From: Felis catus
Taxonomy: Eukaryota
DNA: 64,000 nt
NCBI RefSeq assembly: GCF_018350175.1
Contig: NC_058368.1
Location: 211,546,001-211,610,000 of the forward strand
Reading direction: 5' to 3'
Shown: piece by piece, positions 1-13,215 of the stretch
Layout: each line of letters begins with the position of its first letter
Position numbering within the stretch: the stretch's first letter is position 1
Position numbers and translations under genes: made by a program
Notes under the pieces: model-generated
Database searches by the model: none
What the model was told of the DNA's origin: nothing
What the model saw: only the letters and a program-made list of their open reading frames with translations

Positions 1-549
1 GTAGAGAGAAGGGTTAGGAAAGGTCCAGCCAGAGGCAGACCCCCTCCCTGAGGCAGGGAGCAGAGACCGGGGATGTACTGAGCCAGCTGCCAGCCCAAGA
101 CACAGTCTCAAGGACAGCATCCACACGCAGCAAAGTGTAGACAGGTTTGCCTTCCCTCCTTACCCCCAGTGCTTCTTTTCTGTTTCCAACCTGGGGGAGG
201 GGCACTAGACCCCAGATGACGAAGGGGAAAAAGGGGTGAAAGAGCAAGATACCCCACCTCTCCCTTTACTTCAAGGGCTAAGAGTCAGGGTCAAGTTGCA
301 CTGGGGAAAAGGAAGAAGACTTAAACTAGATTCACCTCTGGAAGTTTATGGAAATTGCACGTTGTGAAGAGACAGGAATGGGAGAGTCCGCCTGGCATGG
401 ATGAAGAAATAAAGACCCTTTCAAAGTCATGCCTCATGGACTTGAGACAGTTCAATAGCTCAGCTGCATCTTGAATACAGTTAAATGCATGTGTGCAACA
501 GGGGCATTACAGTACTGAGTTAGGCGTGGGCTCAGAATCTGGCTTGGCC

Positions 550-715
550 CATTCTTTCATTCACTCAGTAGATATTTATTGAGCAACTTCTTTGCACTGG
601 ACAGAGTTATGCACAAGAGTTACAAAGGCCCTGTGCTCAGGAAAGTTAAATTCTGGGTGCCTGTGTGATTCTGGAAAATTTCCTTTACCTTCCTAGGCCT
701 CAGATTCCTCATGGC
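550..715. mobile_element. Old L2 3'-end fragment within/next to a MIR fragment
   Basis: cattcactcagtagatatttattgagcaac (L2 tail-like) and cctcagattcctcat (MIR core-like). Confidence 0.5.
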
Positions 716-1863
716 ATCTTGTTCTCCTATTCACCAACCCCCCCCCCCCACCCAACTGACTTCTAAGAGTCCTGGAAATTAAGTATAATAAAACAAACAG
801 GATTTTTGCTGTTGTTTTGTTTTGTTTTAAGCAACACACACTTCAGACAACGAAACGGAGACAAATGGCTTGTGTTACAGAAAAGCAAGCACAAGCCACA
901 TGGAAGCTTCTAAACACAGAGGAGTTACTGCGGGCTCTCAAGTGCAGGACGGTTAAGCGGATGCAGAGGAAATCAATAATAGCTTGGTCTAGGTGTCAGT
1001 TACAGCCTTATTATCACTGTTCCTAGAGAGCAGGAAGAAAAATCTTCCAAGTACCAAAGAAGGCTCTATTAATAACTTTAAAATATAAAGCTGTGTAAAT
1101 ATTTTGCAAAATTAGCAGCAAGTGCTAGCACTTTGTACGGTGAGTCTCAGAAGAACTGTGTCAGTAAAAATAGCAATAAGACTTCAACACGCCCAGTACT
1201 ACCACTATAGCCACTATACCATCCAATCCATGGGCCAGATTTTTCTGGTTATTTCTAGAGTGAGACACGTCCTGCTCACTGGTCCACAGGCTATAGCTTA
1301 GCGTTACTGTAGAGTAGACAGAGAACCCCATCCCCCAAGCCCAGATCCCACCTTCACTGACTACAGGCCTCTGGGGCAGTCCCCGGAAGGCTGACTGTCC
1401 CTTAGCACACGTGTCGGGCTTTTTCTTACCAACACTGCTTCAGGAGACACCTCCACCTTGGGGCCTGTGGTTCCCTCCTTACCACAAAGTGAAGAGGCAG
1501 AAAAGAGAGGGAGGGTGAGGCATTCGCTCCACTACTCCCCCACCCCCACTTTTAGTCCTTTAGCACAACGTGGCCACCCTGGTCATGTCTGGACTCCTGG
1601 ACGTTAGGTCCTTAGTCACTTGGGTTGAATCCTAACCTTTCTTGCTTTGAACCTGTGCAAACATCACCCGGCCCATGTGATCCTAGTGCTTTCAAGTGCC
1701 TTCTGTCAACACAGAAGAGACAAAGTTCACAAAGAAAGATTACCAGAGCATCTGTGACTTAACTAGTCATTTCCTTAAATTTGTTTTCCCGAACTCTTTG
1801 TAAGATGTTGCTGGCTATTTCTTTCTTTTTCTTTCTTCCTTTTTCATTTTAATCCTGCAGAGG

Positions 1864-2066
1864 GGGGCGCCTGGGTGACTCAGTTGGTTAAGCCTCTGAC
1901 TTCAGCTCAGGTTATGATCTTGCGGTTCATGGGTTCGAGCCCTGCATCAGGCTCTTTGCTGACAGCTCAGAGCCTGGAGCCTGCTTCAGATCCTGTGTCT
2001 CTGTCTCTCTGTCTCTCTCTCTCTTGCAAAAAGAAATAAACATTAAAAATATATGTATTTCTTTTA
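1864..2066 (+). mobile_element. CAN-SINE (feline SINEC)
   Basis: GGGGCGCCTGGGTG tRNA-derived head, (CT)n and A-rich tail; imperfect TSD aatcctgca(a)gag. Confidence 0.95.
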
Positions 2067-2459
2067 AAATCCTGCAAGAGGGAAGCACTTAGGCAGTTCA
2101 GTGCCAAGAGACTGGAAAACAGAAAAGGAGTAGGTAAGACAACCCTGCCAACCTCTGTGTAGACAGGTCAGAAAACACAAAACCTCCCACAGGTCAAAAG
2201 CACTGGGGCTATTTTCTCTCGCGTGTTCTAAAATAAATAAGTAAATGTATAAATATGCAAATACAGTGTCTCCTACAAGAGTTTATCTGGAGCATACAAT
2301 TGCAAAATAATTGACCATTCACTTAAAATATAAAATAACCCCACAAATATTACTTTAACAAAATATGCTTGTTTTAGGTGAAGATAAATAATGTAGTTTA
2401 AATACATGTGGGTATATTGTCTCAATCTACAACATTACATATTTTTATGTTTGAGATTT

Positions 2460-2683
2460 TTTTTAACTTTTTTTTCTTAACATTTATTTATTATTGAGAG
2501 ACAGAGAGAGATAGAGCATGAGCATGGGAGGGGCAGAGTGAGGAGGAGACACAGAATCTGAAGCAGGCTCCAGGGTCTGAGCTGTCAGCACAGAGCCCGA
2601 CACAGGTCTTGAACTCACAAACGGCAAGATCATGACCTGAGCCTAAGTCGGACACTCAACCGACTGAGCCACCCAGGCACCCC
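2460..2683 (-). mobile_element. CAN-SINE
   Basis: Ends cccaggcacccc; poly-T tail; TSD tatg(t/c)tt(g/a)agattt. Confidence 0.95.
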
Positions 2684-2697
2684 TATGCTTAAGATTT

Positions 2698-2911
2698 TTT
2701 TTTCTTTTAACATTTATTCACTTTTGAGAGTGAGAGAGACAGAGCATGAGCAGGGGAGGGGCAGAGAGAGAGGGAGACACAGAGTCCAAAGCAGGCTCCA
2801 GGCTCTGAGCCATCAGCACGGAGCCCAACGCGGGGCTCGAACTCACAGCCTGCGAAATCATGACCTGAGCTGAAGTCGGACGCCCAACAGACTGAGCCAC
2901 CCAGGCGCCCC
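2698..2911 (-). mobile_element. CAN-SINE, in tandem with the previous one
   Basis: Ends cccaggcgcccc; TSD taagattt. Confidence 0.95.
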
Positions 2912-3379
2912 ATAAGATTTAAAAAACAAAATATAACAACAGAAAACTATAGAAAGAGATGAGGAACATCCATACCCATAATTTGATACTCTCCTAAAAA
3001 CAAAGTTAAACATTGAGCTTTATTTCCTGTTGGTCAACTTTCCCAAGTATTTCTTTTCCAGTAAACTGACTTTTGTCCTGTTTTCTTTTACTCATATAAT
3101 TAAAAACAACTTTGTAGGGCAATAACTTGTCATTTTATAGGACATATAAAATTCCATAAGTTATTTGGAAAAAATTAACATTCTTTTGTTGCTTAGCATT
3201 TAAGTTATTTTCAGGAAGGGGCTATAAAGCACACAGCCAGAAACATATTTGTGCATATCATTCTCAAAACTATCTTCGATAAGACTGTTTTCCACAAAGC
3301 ACACTAGAAAAGTGCAAGGCCATTGGGTATCATCCTGTAGAAAATGTTCAAGTAATATAACAATGGGCAAAAGCATGCA

Positions 3380-4450
3380 GTTTTTTTTAATATTACGGAA
3401 ATATTTAAACATATCCAAGAGTAAAGAAAGTAACTTATCATCCTCTTCAATGACTACCAACTGATGGCTGTCTCATTTCATTTATATTCCCACCCTAAAT
3501 ACTTCCTTCCTCAGATCATCTATGGTCAATCCCAGACCACATAACACAGCTTCAATAAATATTTCAGCATGGCTCTACACAGTAAGAACTTTGTTTTAGA
3601 ATATGAACACAATACCATATCATATCTTAGAAAATTAGGGCAATGCCTAAATGCAGCAAACATCCAAAGTCCCCATCATCTCAAATTTTTTTTGGTTTTT
3701 TGGACTCAAAATACAAACAAGTTTTCTGCATTGTAAATGGTGGCTCTGTCCCTTCAAGTCTCTTAATTTGTAAATTCTCCTCCCCTCCTACCATGTTTTT
3801 CTTTAATTTACTAGTTCAGAAATGAGGTCACTGACCTACAGAGTTTATACTAACTGAATACCACTAGAACATTTAACATGTTCCTCTATGTCCTTATTTC
3901 CTCTAAATTCAATTTGGGGGCAGCAATAAATACTTCATGGGAGGGGCTGCGTACTTCCATTAGAAAGCACATAATGTGTGGTTTCCTCTTGCTTCAAGTT
4001 AATTTGATCTTTGGGTTTTTTAACTTTTTATTATAAAAAAATTGCAAATTTTTTTCTTAATTCAAACTAAAAAACAGAAAAGAATATAATGAATCCCCAT
4101 GTAAACATCACCCAGCCTTAACAAATACCGGCTCATGTCCTCCCTTGTCTGCATCTATGCCTTCATTCATTTCCCTTCCTTCCCAACCTAGAAACTTTGA
4201 AGCAAATTCCAGACATCATATAATTTCATCTCTCAATATTCCAGTGTATATCCCTAAAAGATAAGGATTTTTTAAAAATACCGTTACTATACCTAAGACT
4301 TTTAAGAATAATATCATCAATTATCTGATCAGATCTCACATTTCTTTGACCATATTGTTTTTGGCATTTGATTTTAACCTACAGGGTTTGATTACTGGCA
4401 AGTTGAGAACACATTCAACGTGTTCAGTTACTGGCTGTGAATCGTCTTTG
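3380..4450 (-). mobile_element. Two old L1 (L1MC/L1ME-like) 3'-end fragments (~3380-3850 and ~4020-4450)
   Basis: Both carry the motif aaa(t)tcccagac(c)atcatat...aaatatttcagcatg / ctaaaagataagga typical of ancient L1 3'UTRs; AT-rich and degraded. Confidence 0.55.
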
Positions 4451-6032
4451 GGTGTCCTCTGATTGTTTTGAATTGAGTTGATGGGTTGACAATAATAAAG
4501 ACTGATGGCCATTTTTCCCACAAATATTTTCTGGGTCTGTTCTTTGCCTACTAATGGGAGGTGGGGAGGGGCAGTGTGCCCTCATGTCCATCTAATACCC
4601 GGTGAATTTAAGCTAATTTAAGTGTACTTTGTGATTCTTTCTATTGCTTCTAGGCTCAGAATGCCTTCCTTCTTTCAAAGATATAATGAATATTCAATTC
4701 CATTTTCTTCTAATTTCTTTAAGTAATCTGCATTAAGTAATTCAAGTCTTATATTCTTGGAAGCTACTTGGTTTATATAAATCCAAAATTTATTTCCATG
4801 ATCCCTAAATCACAGACACTGATAGGAAACAAAGAGTTTCAAAAAAGTGGTGTTATTTCTAAATGATTTGAATCCTTTTGCAAACTGCCCATAAATATAT
4901 TTCCATTTGCTCCTAAAGAAAAATGTCAATACTTCTAGAGAAAGGGGAGCCCTGTCACCTGGTTTTAAAGCACTCTAAATAATTAGTGTGTTAATTAGTT
5001 TTGCGCAAGAATGAAAAGTAGTAGGGATTGATTTAAATCACAATGAAGATGGTAGGGGGAGGGGTGGTTTAATGGTTTCTTCTTTAACAGTTACCAACAC
5101 GTTTTAAATAGACCCAGGCCCTGTTAAAAGGAGGGCATTTGTGCTAAGTCTGGTTACCTAGGAGACCCCACCTCACCATTCTGCCTTAGCCTCCTGCCTC
5201 AGAAAGGGAGCTTCAATTTAATAGATGGCAACTTTTCTAAGCTTCAATCGAATGGACAGAAGTAACAGAAGAAAAGTAAAATTCAAACAGTACCTCAACT
5301 ACAGTCCTAGATTTTTATGCAGGAATTCCCACGGTAGCAAAGTAGGATTATGATGCAAAATCCACCCCCCACGCCCCCCAAAAAAACTAAACTATAGGTC
5401 TCATCGTTCTTCTATATTCTGCTGAAGATACGCAGGCAAAAAAGCATAGAGCAAGTGATTTATGAACAAGTAGTATAGGAAGTGTTGAAATTCTGAAGCA
5501 TTGTGTAAATACAATGGAGTCCACACTTGACGTCACGTTTAATGCTTGTACCATCAACAGAAATGTAGAGGTAATGAGTACACTATGATTGAATGTGTGT
5601 TCAATTCACTCATTTATTAAAACAAAAGCTTGGTTGAAAGCATCAAGTGAGGCTATATATGTAAAAGCACATGATTATTATTAATACCTCTACTTGAACG
5701 TGAGCTTTTATCAAATCACCTTCTAAAATCCCACTTTTTTTTACTTATAAAGTGAGCCCAGCTACCACATTTGCATTAACACCATGCGATGGTTAACTTT
5801 ATGTGTCGACTTGGCTAGGCTCTGGCACCCACATATTTAGTCAAATACCAGTCTAGATATTGCTGTGAAGGTATTTCTTGGATGTGATCAACATTTAAAT
5901 CAGCAGATTTTGAAGCAGATTACTCTCCAGAATATGGATGGGCTGCATCCAATAAACTGAAGACCACAAAAGACAAGACTGGGATGCCCCCCAAGACTAA
6001 TTCTGACACCAGACTTGAAAATGTAATAACTC

Positions 6033-6249
6033 GGGGCACCTGGGTGGCTCAGTCGGTTAAGCGTCCGACTTCAGCTCAGGTCAAGATCTCGCGGTCCGTG
6101 AGTTCGAGCCCCGCGTCGGGCTCTGTGCTGATGGCTCAGAGCCTGGAGGCTGCTTCCAATTCTGTGTCTCCCTCTCTCTCTGCCCCTCCTCCATTCATGC
6201 TCTGTCTCTCTCTGTCTCAAAAATAAATAAAACGTTAAAAAAAAAAAAA
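6033..6249 (+). mobile_element. CAN-SINE, young
   Basis: CpGs intact; perfect 16-bp TSD gaaaatgtaataactc (6017-6032 / 6250-6265). Confidence 0.97.
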
Positions 6250-6268
6250 GAAAATGTAATAACTCCAC

Positions 6269-6473
6269 GGGGAGCCTGGGTGACTCAGTACGTTGAGCAT
6301 CTGACTTCAGCTCAGGTCATGATCTCTCGATTCATGAGTTCCAGCCTCACGTCGGGCTCTGTGCTGACAGCTCAGAGTCTGGAGCCTGCTTCAGATTCTG
6401 TATCTTCTTCTTTCTCTGTCCCTGCCTCTCCCCTCTCCCTCCCTCCCTCCCTCTCTCAAAATAAATATTTTAA
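6269..6473 (+). mobile_element. CAN-SINE, older
   Basis: SINE head and body; followed by aaaatgtaataactc (6474-6488). Confidence 0.95.
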
Positions 6474-6585
6474 AAAATGTAATAACTCTAACCTGTTTTT
6501 CCAGACTGCTGGCCTGCCCTGTAGATTTTGAACTTGCCAGTCCCATAAGTGTGTTAACCAATTGCTTAGAATCTCTAGATAGGCA

Positions 6586-6812
6586 GGGGCACCTGGATGG
6601 CTCAGTTGGTTAAGTGTCTGACTTCGACTTGGGTCATGATCTCACAGCTTGTGGGTTCAGGTCCTGCGTTGGGCTCTATGCTGACAGCTCAGAGCCTGGA
6701 GCCTGCTTCAGATTCTGTGTCTCTGGATCTCTCTGACCCTCCTCCACTCACACTCTGTCTCTCAAAAATAAACAAACCTTAAAAAAAATTTTTTTAATAG
6801 AAAAAAATGAAA
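6586..6812 (+). mobile_element. CAN-SINE
   Basis: Perfect 18-bp TSD agaatctctagataggca (6568-6585 / 6813-6830). Confidence 0.97.
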
Positions 6813-7001
6813 AGAATCTCTAGATAGGCAGACGGAGAGGAAGAGGTGTTATTGGTTCTGGTCCTCTAGAGAGCCATAACTACTACAGATCATCACTACC
6901 CTGTACAGCTGACCTATAAAAGTAAAATTAAGTTTGTATTTATCTGGTTGTTTCCACATCGTATAAACATGGCTTTACAAACTTTCATTAAAATTCGAGG
7001 G

Positions 7002-7380
7002 CATGTTTACTAAAGCTGCCATAAATTCTACAGACTGGGTGGCTTAACCAATAAATTTTCTTTCAGTTCTGGAGGCTGAAAAATCCAAGATTAAGAAGCC
7101 AGCAGGTTTGGTTTCTTCGGAGGCTCCTCTCCGTGGCTTGCATTGGCCACCTTTTCACGGTGTCCGCCATGGTCTTTTCTATATGCCTGTGTACCCCTGC
7201 TGTCTCTTCATGTGTCCAAATTTCTGAAACCAGTCAGACTGGGTTAGGGTCCAGGCTAAAGGCTTCATTTTAACCTACTCACCCTTTCAAAGGTCCTAAT
7301 ACAGTCACCTTCAGAACTACTGGGGGTGGGCGGGCTTCAACATATGAATTATCAGGGGGTGTAAAATTTAGCCCATAACA
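7002..7380 (-). mobile_element. MaLR (MLT1A/B-like) solo LTR
   Basis: agctgccata...gactgggtggcttaa...cagttctggaggctg...ttcaacatatgaatt...gcccataaca; 5-bp TSD gaggg on both sides. Confidence 0.85.
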
Positions 7381-7505
7381 GAGGGTCTAGTTGGAAAAAT
7401 CTGATTTACTATATAGGCTGCACGGCATGCATGAAAGTCACTTTGGGGAGGGGGCACCTAAAGGTGCTCTAGCTTTCTCTAGAGCAGTCAGAAGTGTCCA
7501 GGAGA

Positions 7506-7712
7506 GGGGCACCTGGGTGGCTCAGTCGGTTAAGCATCTGAGTTCTGGATTTCAACTTCCGTCACGATTTCACAGTCCATAAGATCGAGCGCCACATCGG
7601 GCTCTGCTCTCATAGCACGGGGCCTCCTTGGGATGCACACTCACACGCTCGCGTGCTCACTCGCTCACTCTCTCCCAAAAGAAATAAACATTAAAAGAAA
7701 AGCGTCAAGAAA
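7506..7712 (+). mobile_element. CAN-SINE, older subtype
   Basis: ggggcacctgggtggctcagtcggttaagc head; A-rich tail. Confidence 0.9.
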
Positions 7713-9220
7713 AAACACACAAAGATACTTAGATTGGCAGAGAAAATAAGAGGTGATTTAAATAATGGCCACAAATCCAAGGCATAAAGACAGACATTTT
7801 GAATATGAGGCCCTGATTTGTCACATGGGCAATATTTTGCGTCCTGCTCAGGTGCAGCAGGCAGCAGGGACTTATTTGAGCCTGCTTCATGACCCTCCCC
7901 ACAGGCTGGCCAGTAACCATGAAACCAGCTGCCAAACCCCTCTTTAAGCCCAGAGCCGGGCATGATGTAAAATCCTTGTAAATATAGATTAAAAACATAG
8001 TTTTGACCACCAGCTGTTCAGTTCTCCAGATCTGACAGACAATGATCTGCAGGAATCCAAGGGACACTGTGGGCCTTAGAAAAGAGAGAAAAAAGGGAAG
8101 GCAGCGGGAAGACAAAGAAGAAAACAGAAAATAGGTAAGAGAAAGGACAGAAGAAAAGGACAAGAAATAGAAAGGAGAAGGCTGGGAAGGCGGGTCTCTG
8201 TCCCTTCTCTGAGTGACACCGCACCATGTCAGAGTCCCACCTCTGACTAAAAACAAAAATGCCAGAACTTACACGTGAACGGCACATGGATATTTCCAAA
8301 GACTCTCTGTCTCGGTTACCCCTCATGCACCCCAAACAGCCTGGTGAGACCTCGTAGAAGTACTATGACTTTTATCTGACAGATTTAAAATCTGAGACAG
8401 TCATTCAAAAGTGACTTGCAGAGTCTGGAAGCACTCGAACGTTTTACAGGCTAACCCCATTCCATTGTTACTGATCAACAACTAGAGCCTCATCACCCCA
8501 CCATACCTCCCTTAAACATTCTGCTTCACACATAACTGAACTATGTGATATATATGTATTTTTTAAATCCTGTGTTCACTCTTTCTCTACACTTGCCTTT
8601 TTGGCTCATCTGCCTAAGAGCTTAGTTTGTTCAGCTTTAAGGAGATCTCACTTCAAACCAGCTGAGGGAGAAGTGGTAGAGAAAGGATTATTTACTGGGA
8701 AACATGAGAGTGATAACACCAGAAGAACTCTGATCCCAGAGAAGTTGGTTATTCTTCTCCAGAGGCGACCTTCCAAACACTACAACTTTTCTGGAACAAT
8801 CAGAGTCAAAAATAAATCTCAGGAAAAAATATAATCGATGACTTTTTATTAAGGGGGGCAAGGTGGGATATAAGTAACAGAGCTTTTGTCACGAAAGAAG
8901 ATTCTAGCACTAGACGAAGGAAAGAGCCAGTCTTTGGCTTCCTGTGTGTGTCCTGCACCTTTGAGTTCAGTTACCAACAAGCCACTGACAACCAGACATT
9001 TCGGTGACTTTTAGATGAAAACCCAGGCTCTAGTTCAAAGCTGCAAAGTGATACCTTTCCTGGGACAGAGTTCAAAGTCCTGCATCCCAGGCCTTTTGGT
9101 TAAGGTCTTGGCTTTTGGGAAGTGCACCTCCTGGCACACTACTGCAATAACCCAGGGAACACTAGTGCTAGTACACTCTAGAAGCTTCTCTGCCTATAAA
9201 CTTACAGACCGCTCATATAT

Positions 9221-9735
9221 TGTGGCACATTATGTCTTCCAAAAATGGCCCTGCAAGATTTCTGGTCCCATCTGCTCTTCCAGGACTTTGCCACCTGCAT
9301 CAAGAGGCAGAGTTCATTTCTCCTCACCTGGTAGGACTTTCAAGTGATGGAATCTGGCAGAAGTGACACTATGCAACTTCCAGGCTCGATCATAAAGGGT
9401 GACACAGTTTCTGTTTGGTTCTCTCTCAAGATGCTTCTCTTAGAACCCAGTTACCACACTGCAAGGAAGCCCAGGCCACATGGAGAGAGAGCAATGTTTT
9501 GGCCAAAAGCCTCGGCAAAGGTCTTAGGTGAGGACAAGGGCGAGCATCCACCCCCAGACAATGAGCGAATGAGCCGCCAGGCCTCAAGGCTTCCCAGATG
9601 AAGTCCCACGTCATGGATCAGAGACAAGCTGTCCCTGTGCACCCCGTCCAGAAAATTTGTGAGTGTAATAAATGTTTGTTTTGTGCCACTAACTTTAATT
9701 GTGACTTGTTAAACAGACCTAGTAACTGGAATGTA
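9221..9735 (+). mobile_element. Old MaLR (MLT1G/H-like) solo LTR
   Basis: tgtggc...aaaatggcc...ggcagaagtgacactatgcaacttccaggct...gaacccagttaccac...aataaatgtttgttttgtgccact. Confidence 0.7.
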
Positions 9736-9899
9736 CATTATAGCCCAAGTTAATACCCAGACGCACAAAAAATTATGTGGTTTTATACATTTTTGGCCTT
9801 GGATCTGTCCTGGAGATAAGGAAGCGCATGCAGGAGGGGAACCACAAACATCGTGTCACCTTCCCTGTGCCACATACCCTGTGTGGTACAAGAAAACTT

Positions 9900-10075
9900 C
9901 AAAACTTCAATTCCTCCAAAGTCCTATGAGATTTAACTGTGATGTCCATTTAAAGATGAGAAAGCAGAGGCACTGAAAGTTTTAGTAACTTACCCAGGAT
10001 CATCCAGAAAGTAGCAGGGTTGGAAGTGTGAACCCATTATCTGACACCTGACTCTAAAACTCAGTCTTCTGCTCT
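9900..10075 (-). mobile_element. MIR fragment
   Basis: ccatttaaagatgagaaagcagaggcac...taacttacccaggatca core. Confidence 0.7.
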
Positions 10076-12354
10076 CCCAGTAGAGCCCACCTAGGGGCGT
10101 TGATCCTAGTGTTTGGAAGCGGAGGGGGGGTGGGAGGAGGACTTCAATTTGGCGGGGAATGAAAAAACTCCATTAGTCCATGAGTACTAGTCACTATGTG
10201 TAACATGCCCCCTGCCACACACGATTTTCAAATACAGTAAATTCCAAAATAACAATTCAAATTCATTTCACATATTATTGATCTTGGTATTGATTATATA
10301 TCCTCTCAATCAACAGATAATAATAAAATAGTTCCTAGAAGTTAAAGGTCCGTGAAATTTATGTATGTATATTAGAACAGGGTTTTCACGCTTAAAAATG
10401 TTGGGAATCACCGACTATACACCTCCTTGTGTGTGATTAACATTCTGCCTGGTAGGTTGGATAACTGTGTTACCACAGGAAAACACTTGTGAATGACCAA
10501 CATTCCATCTGTGTGTGTTTAATAAAGGTGGTTACCAAGGGATTGCTCTTAAATAGTGGGCTTTGAGAGGAGAGGTCCCCTCAGCCATAATTCATTAATT
10601 TGCTAATTGCTCTTCCCAGTGTGCATCAGCCAGCATTTGTCTTTAGCTAATGGTGATGTATGTGCCTTTCCATTCTACTTTGTACACAGGGCAGCAAGTG
10701 ACAGGGATGACGAGCAGAGAAGAATGAGCCTTTCTCTGTCCTCTCGCTGCCCTGCCTCTGTCCTTCAGGATATCCTACTAAGCAAGCATTCGCTTCCCAC
10801 AGGGCTGGAAGGAAGTGGTGATAGATTTGGGAACAACTTCATTAACCATCAGGAACGCAGAGCAAGTTCACTGCCCTCCCTGAGAAATGGGAACCAGTGC
10901 AGCTCAGATCTGGGCTAAAGAGGCAAGAGTGCTGGTACTTCACCTCCTAGAAAAGCCTCCTTCAACAAAACACTGACAACTTCACCGGAGGCCTTTGCTC
11001 TCACATTCATGGGGGAAGCCTTGCCTTGGGGATGCAAGTCCCATCATGTGACCACCCCCAGGCTCCTCTCCTGCCACCACCAAGCTCTTAAATCACTGCA
11101 TTCCACAAGGATTTTTTTCTTCCCCAAATGGGGGGGGGAGAAAACGGAAGGAAATTACAATGTCCACTAAAGTTGGTTTATGTCAAAACAACTAAGAAAT
11201 TCCCACTCACAAAACTACAGTGAAATTACATCTAGATTTTTTAAGTCTATGTTTTCTACTTGCAAGCTGTTCAGCTCTGGTTAAATGGGGAAAGAAGAAA
11301 AGAAGAAATGTGCTTTTAAAACTCTTGAGTCTTACTAATTTTAGGCATGTGAACAGTGTAAAGATACTCTTTTTGGTAACTCTAAAATATATAGTCTCAA
11401 AATGACCCACCAATTAACCAGGGTTTAATTCATAAGTGAAAGAAATGTCTTTCATCTTATTAAGTGCACAAGTAGAATCCATTACACCCACACAATAAAT
11501 GTACGACTTTAAGAGTCACATATCGGCCACGGGCAGTCAGAGAACATTTCTTCCGACCCTAGAGAGGAAGCACTGCACCCACGACAAGAAATCTAGGGTT
11601 GGGCATAGGAGGAGGAGCAGCCTTTAGCCTGAGGGTCCCCCATTCTTCCCTAGAACCTCACCAATCTCCCAACCTTGGAGAAAGGCTGAAGAGAACAGCT
11701 CTCATGGATATCCAGTCTCACCAGGCTTTCTCTCTTTCCTTTTAAAGAGAAAGGATGTAGAAAGCAGGAGGAGGAAGTGGAAGGGTACTAAAAGTGGGAG
11801 AAAAGATATTTTAAGAAATTAACCCCAGATTTATAATTAGCTATCCACATGATAAAAACTGCTGACCTTCTTCAGAGTCTTTTCTGAATGGGTGCAGAAA
11901 TGCCGACCTAGGATATACCAGGGGATGTTCCCAATGGAACTGGTCCCAGCCAAGGAGCCTCTCTGCCTCACCTAGATTATCATATCCAAATTCCCACTTA
12001 TCTCAAAAGATGGGACCGTGTGAATCCACCCATACTTATCCTCTAAAACCTTTGCCTTTCCTATAATACAGAATAGCTGACTATTGGTCTCATCTTTTGC
12101 CCCAAACTCCAGATGTATGTTATCAGGCCTCTCTAAGGTCAGTGTTCTTCATGGATTTCAAATTCCTAGAGGACAGGAAATACGGTTGTTTTTCTTGTAC
12201 TGTATTGCAACTACCCAAATACTGCATACAGATACATAAATTTGCACCAGGAAGTCCTTTTTTAAAAAATCTTCATTTCCTTTAAAGTGTCTGGCCTCAT
12301 AAGAATTCTGGGGAGACTGATGAAAACATCCTTAATTTATTAAGTGAGGTAACT

Positions 12355-13020
12355 GTGATTCATTCATCCATTTATTCATTCATTCAACAAGGATTTACTG
12401 AGCCTGGTTTATGTGCTAGGCCAGGGATTTGGCAGTGAACTTGTGAAAGCCTATGTCCTCATAGGGCGGCTGCTCTAGGGGAGGAAACAGGACGTACACA
12501 AATATATCATAAACAAACAGGTATTATGTCAAGAGTAATACACACTTAATAAGTCAAAGTGAGAAAAAGAAGGGACAGGAGAATTTTATATTGGGAAGCA
12601 GGAGCATCGAGAAAGACTTCTCTAGGGTCTGAGGAAAGGGGGCCCTGAAGAAGGGTGGGGAAGAGCCTTCCAGGCTGGGAATAGCCAGGAAAGGCCCTCA
12701 GGCTAAGAAGGGCTGGGGGGGGGGGGGGGGCGGGCTCAAGGAAATGCAAATGAGATTGTTTACTGAGCAAGCACACCACCTGAGGCCAGCGGGGGCTGAG
12801 CAGGAAGGGGTTGCTTTTGGACCTGGTCTGGGAAGCCACTGAAGGACTCTGGCCACAGAACTGACAGAAAGGATCTATGGATCCAGCCACCAGGAGCAAG
12901 AGGAGAAGCAGTGAGCTGAATCTCAGTAAGAGACAGGTGTTGCCTGGACCAGGTGCCAACAGGACAATGAGAGACAGTTTGGGGACCTCTTCTGAAGATA
13001 AAACTAGTAGGCTTTGCTGA
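12355..13020 (-). mobile_element. L2 3' fragment
   Basis: (cattcatt)n-caacaaggatttactgagc tail followed by degraded L2 3' sequence; contains a 16-G run at 12715-12730. Confidence 0.65.
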
Positions 13021-13029
13021 CGTGACAGA

Positions 13030-13215
13030 TATTAAGGCATTTGAAATAGACAGGGTGGGCTCAAATCCCAACTCTGCCACCTACCTGAACTGCATGACCT
13101 TGGGGGAAAGATTTAACTTGAGTCTCAGTTTCTCCCGTAAAATGGGAGAACACCACTTTGGCCGCAAAAATATAGAAGTGCTATATAGAAGCACCTATTA
13201 GAATACCTGAGTATT
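13030..13215 (+). mobile_element. MIR fragment
   Basis: ggctcaaatcccaactctgccac...tgaccttgg...tctcagtttctcccgtaaaatggg. Confidence 0.75.

Larger units (their letters stand above)
5785..6887 (+). mobile_element. MLT2-family (ERVL) solo LTR interrupted by three SINEs
   Basis: Starts tgcgatggttaactttatgtgtcgacttggctagg and ends attggttctggtcctctagagagccataactactaca, matching MLT2 termini (TG..CA). Confidence 0.85.

Noticed and set aside
6033..6120. tRNA-like A/B-box sequence at SINE heads
   Set aside because: tRNA-derived SINE promoter region, not a tRNA gene.
6017..6488. Repeat-spacer-repeat pattern superficially like a CRISPR array
   Set aside because: The spacers are ~200-bp SINEs and the repeats are target-site duplications; the DNA is mammalian and no cas genes are present.
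5984..6782. Recurrent 'MAQSVKRPTSAQVMISR...' peptide family across the window
   Set aside because: These are translations of CAN-SINE copies, not a gene family.
7729..8335. 175-aa and 105-aa hydrophobic minus-strand ORFs
   Set aside because: Derived from a purine-rich low-complexity tract; no exon signals or homology recognised.
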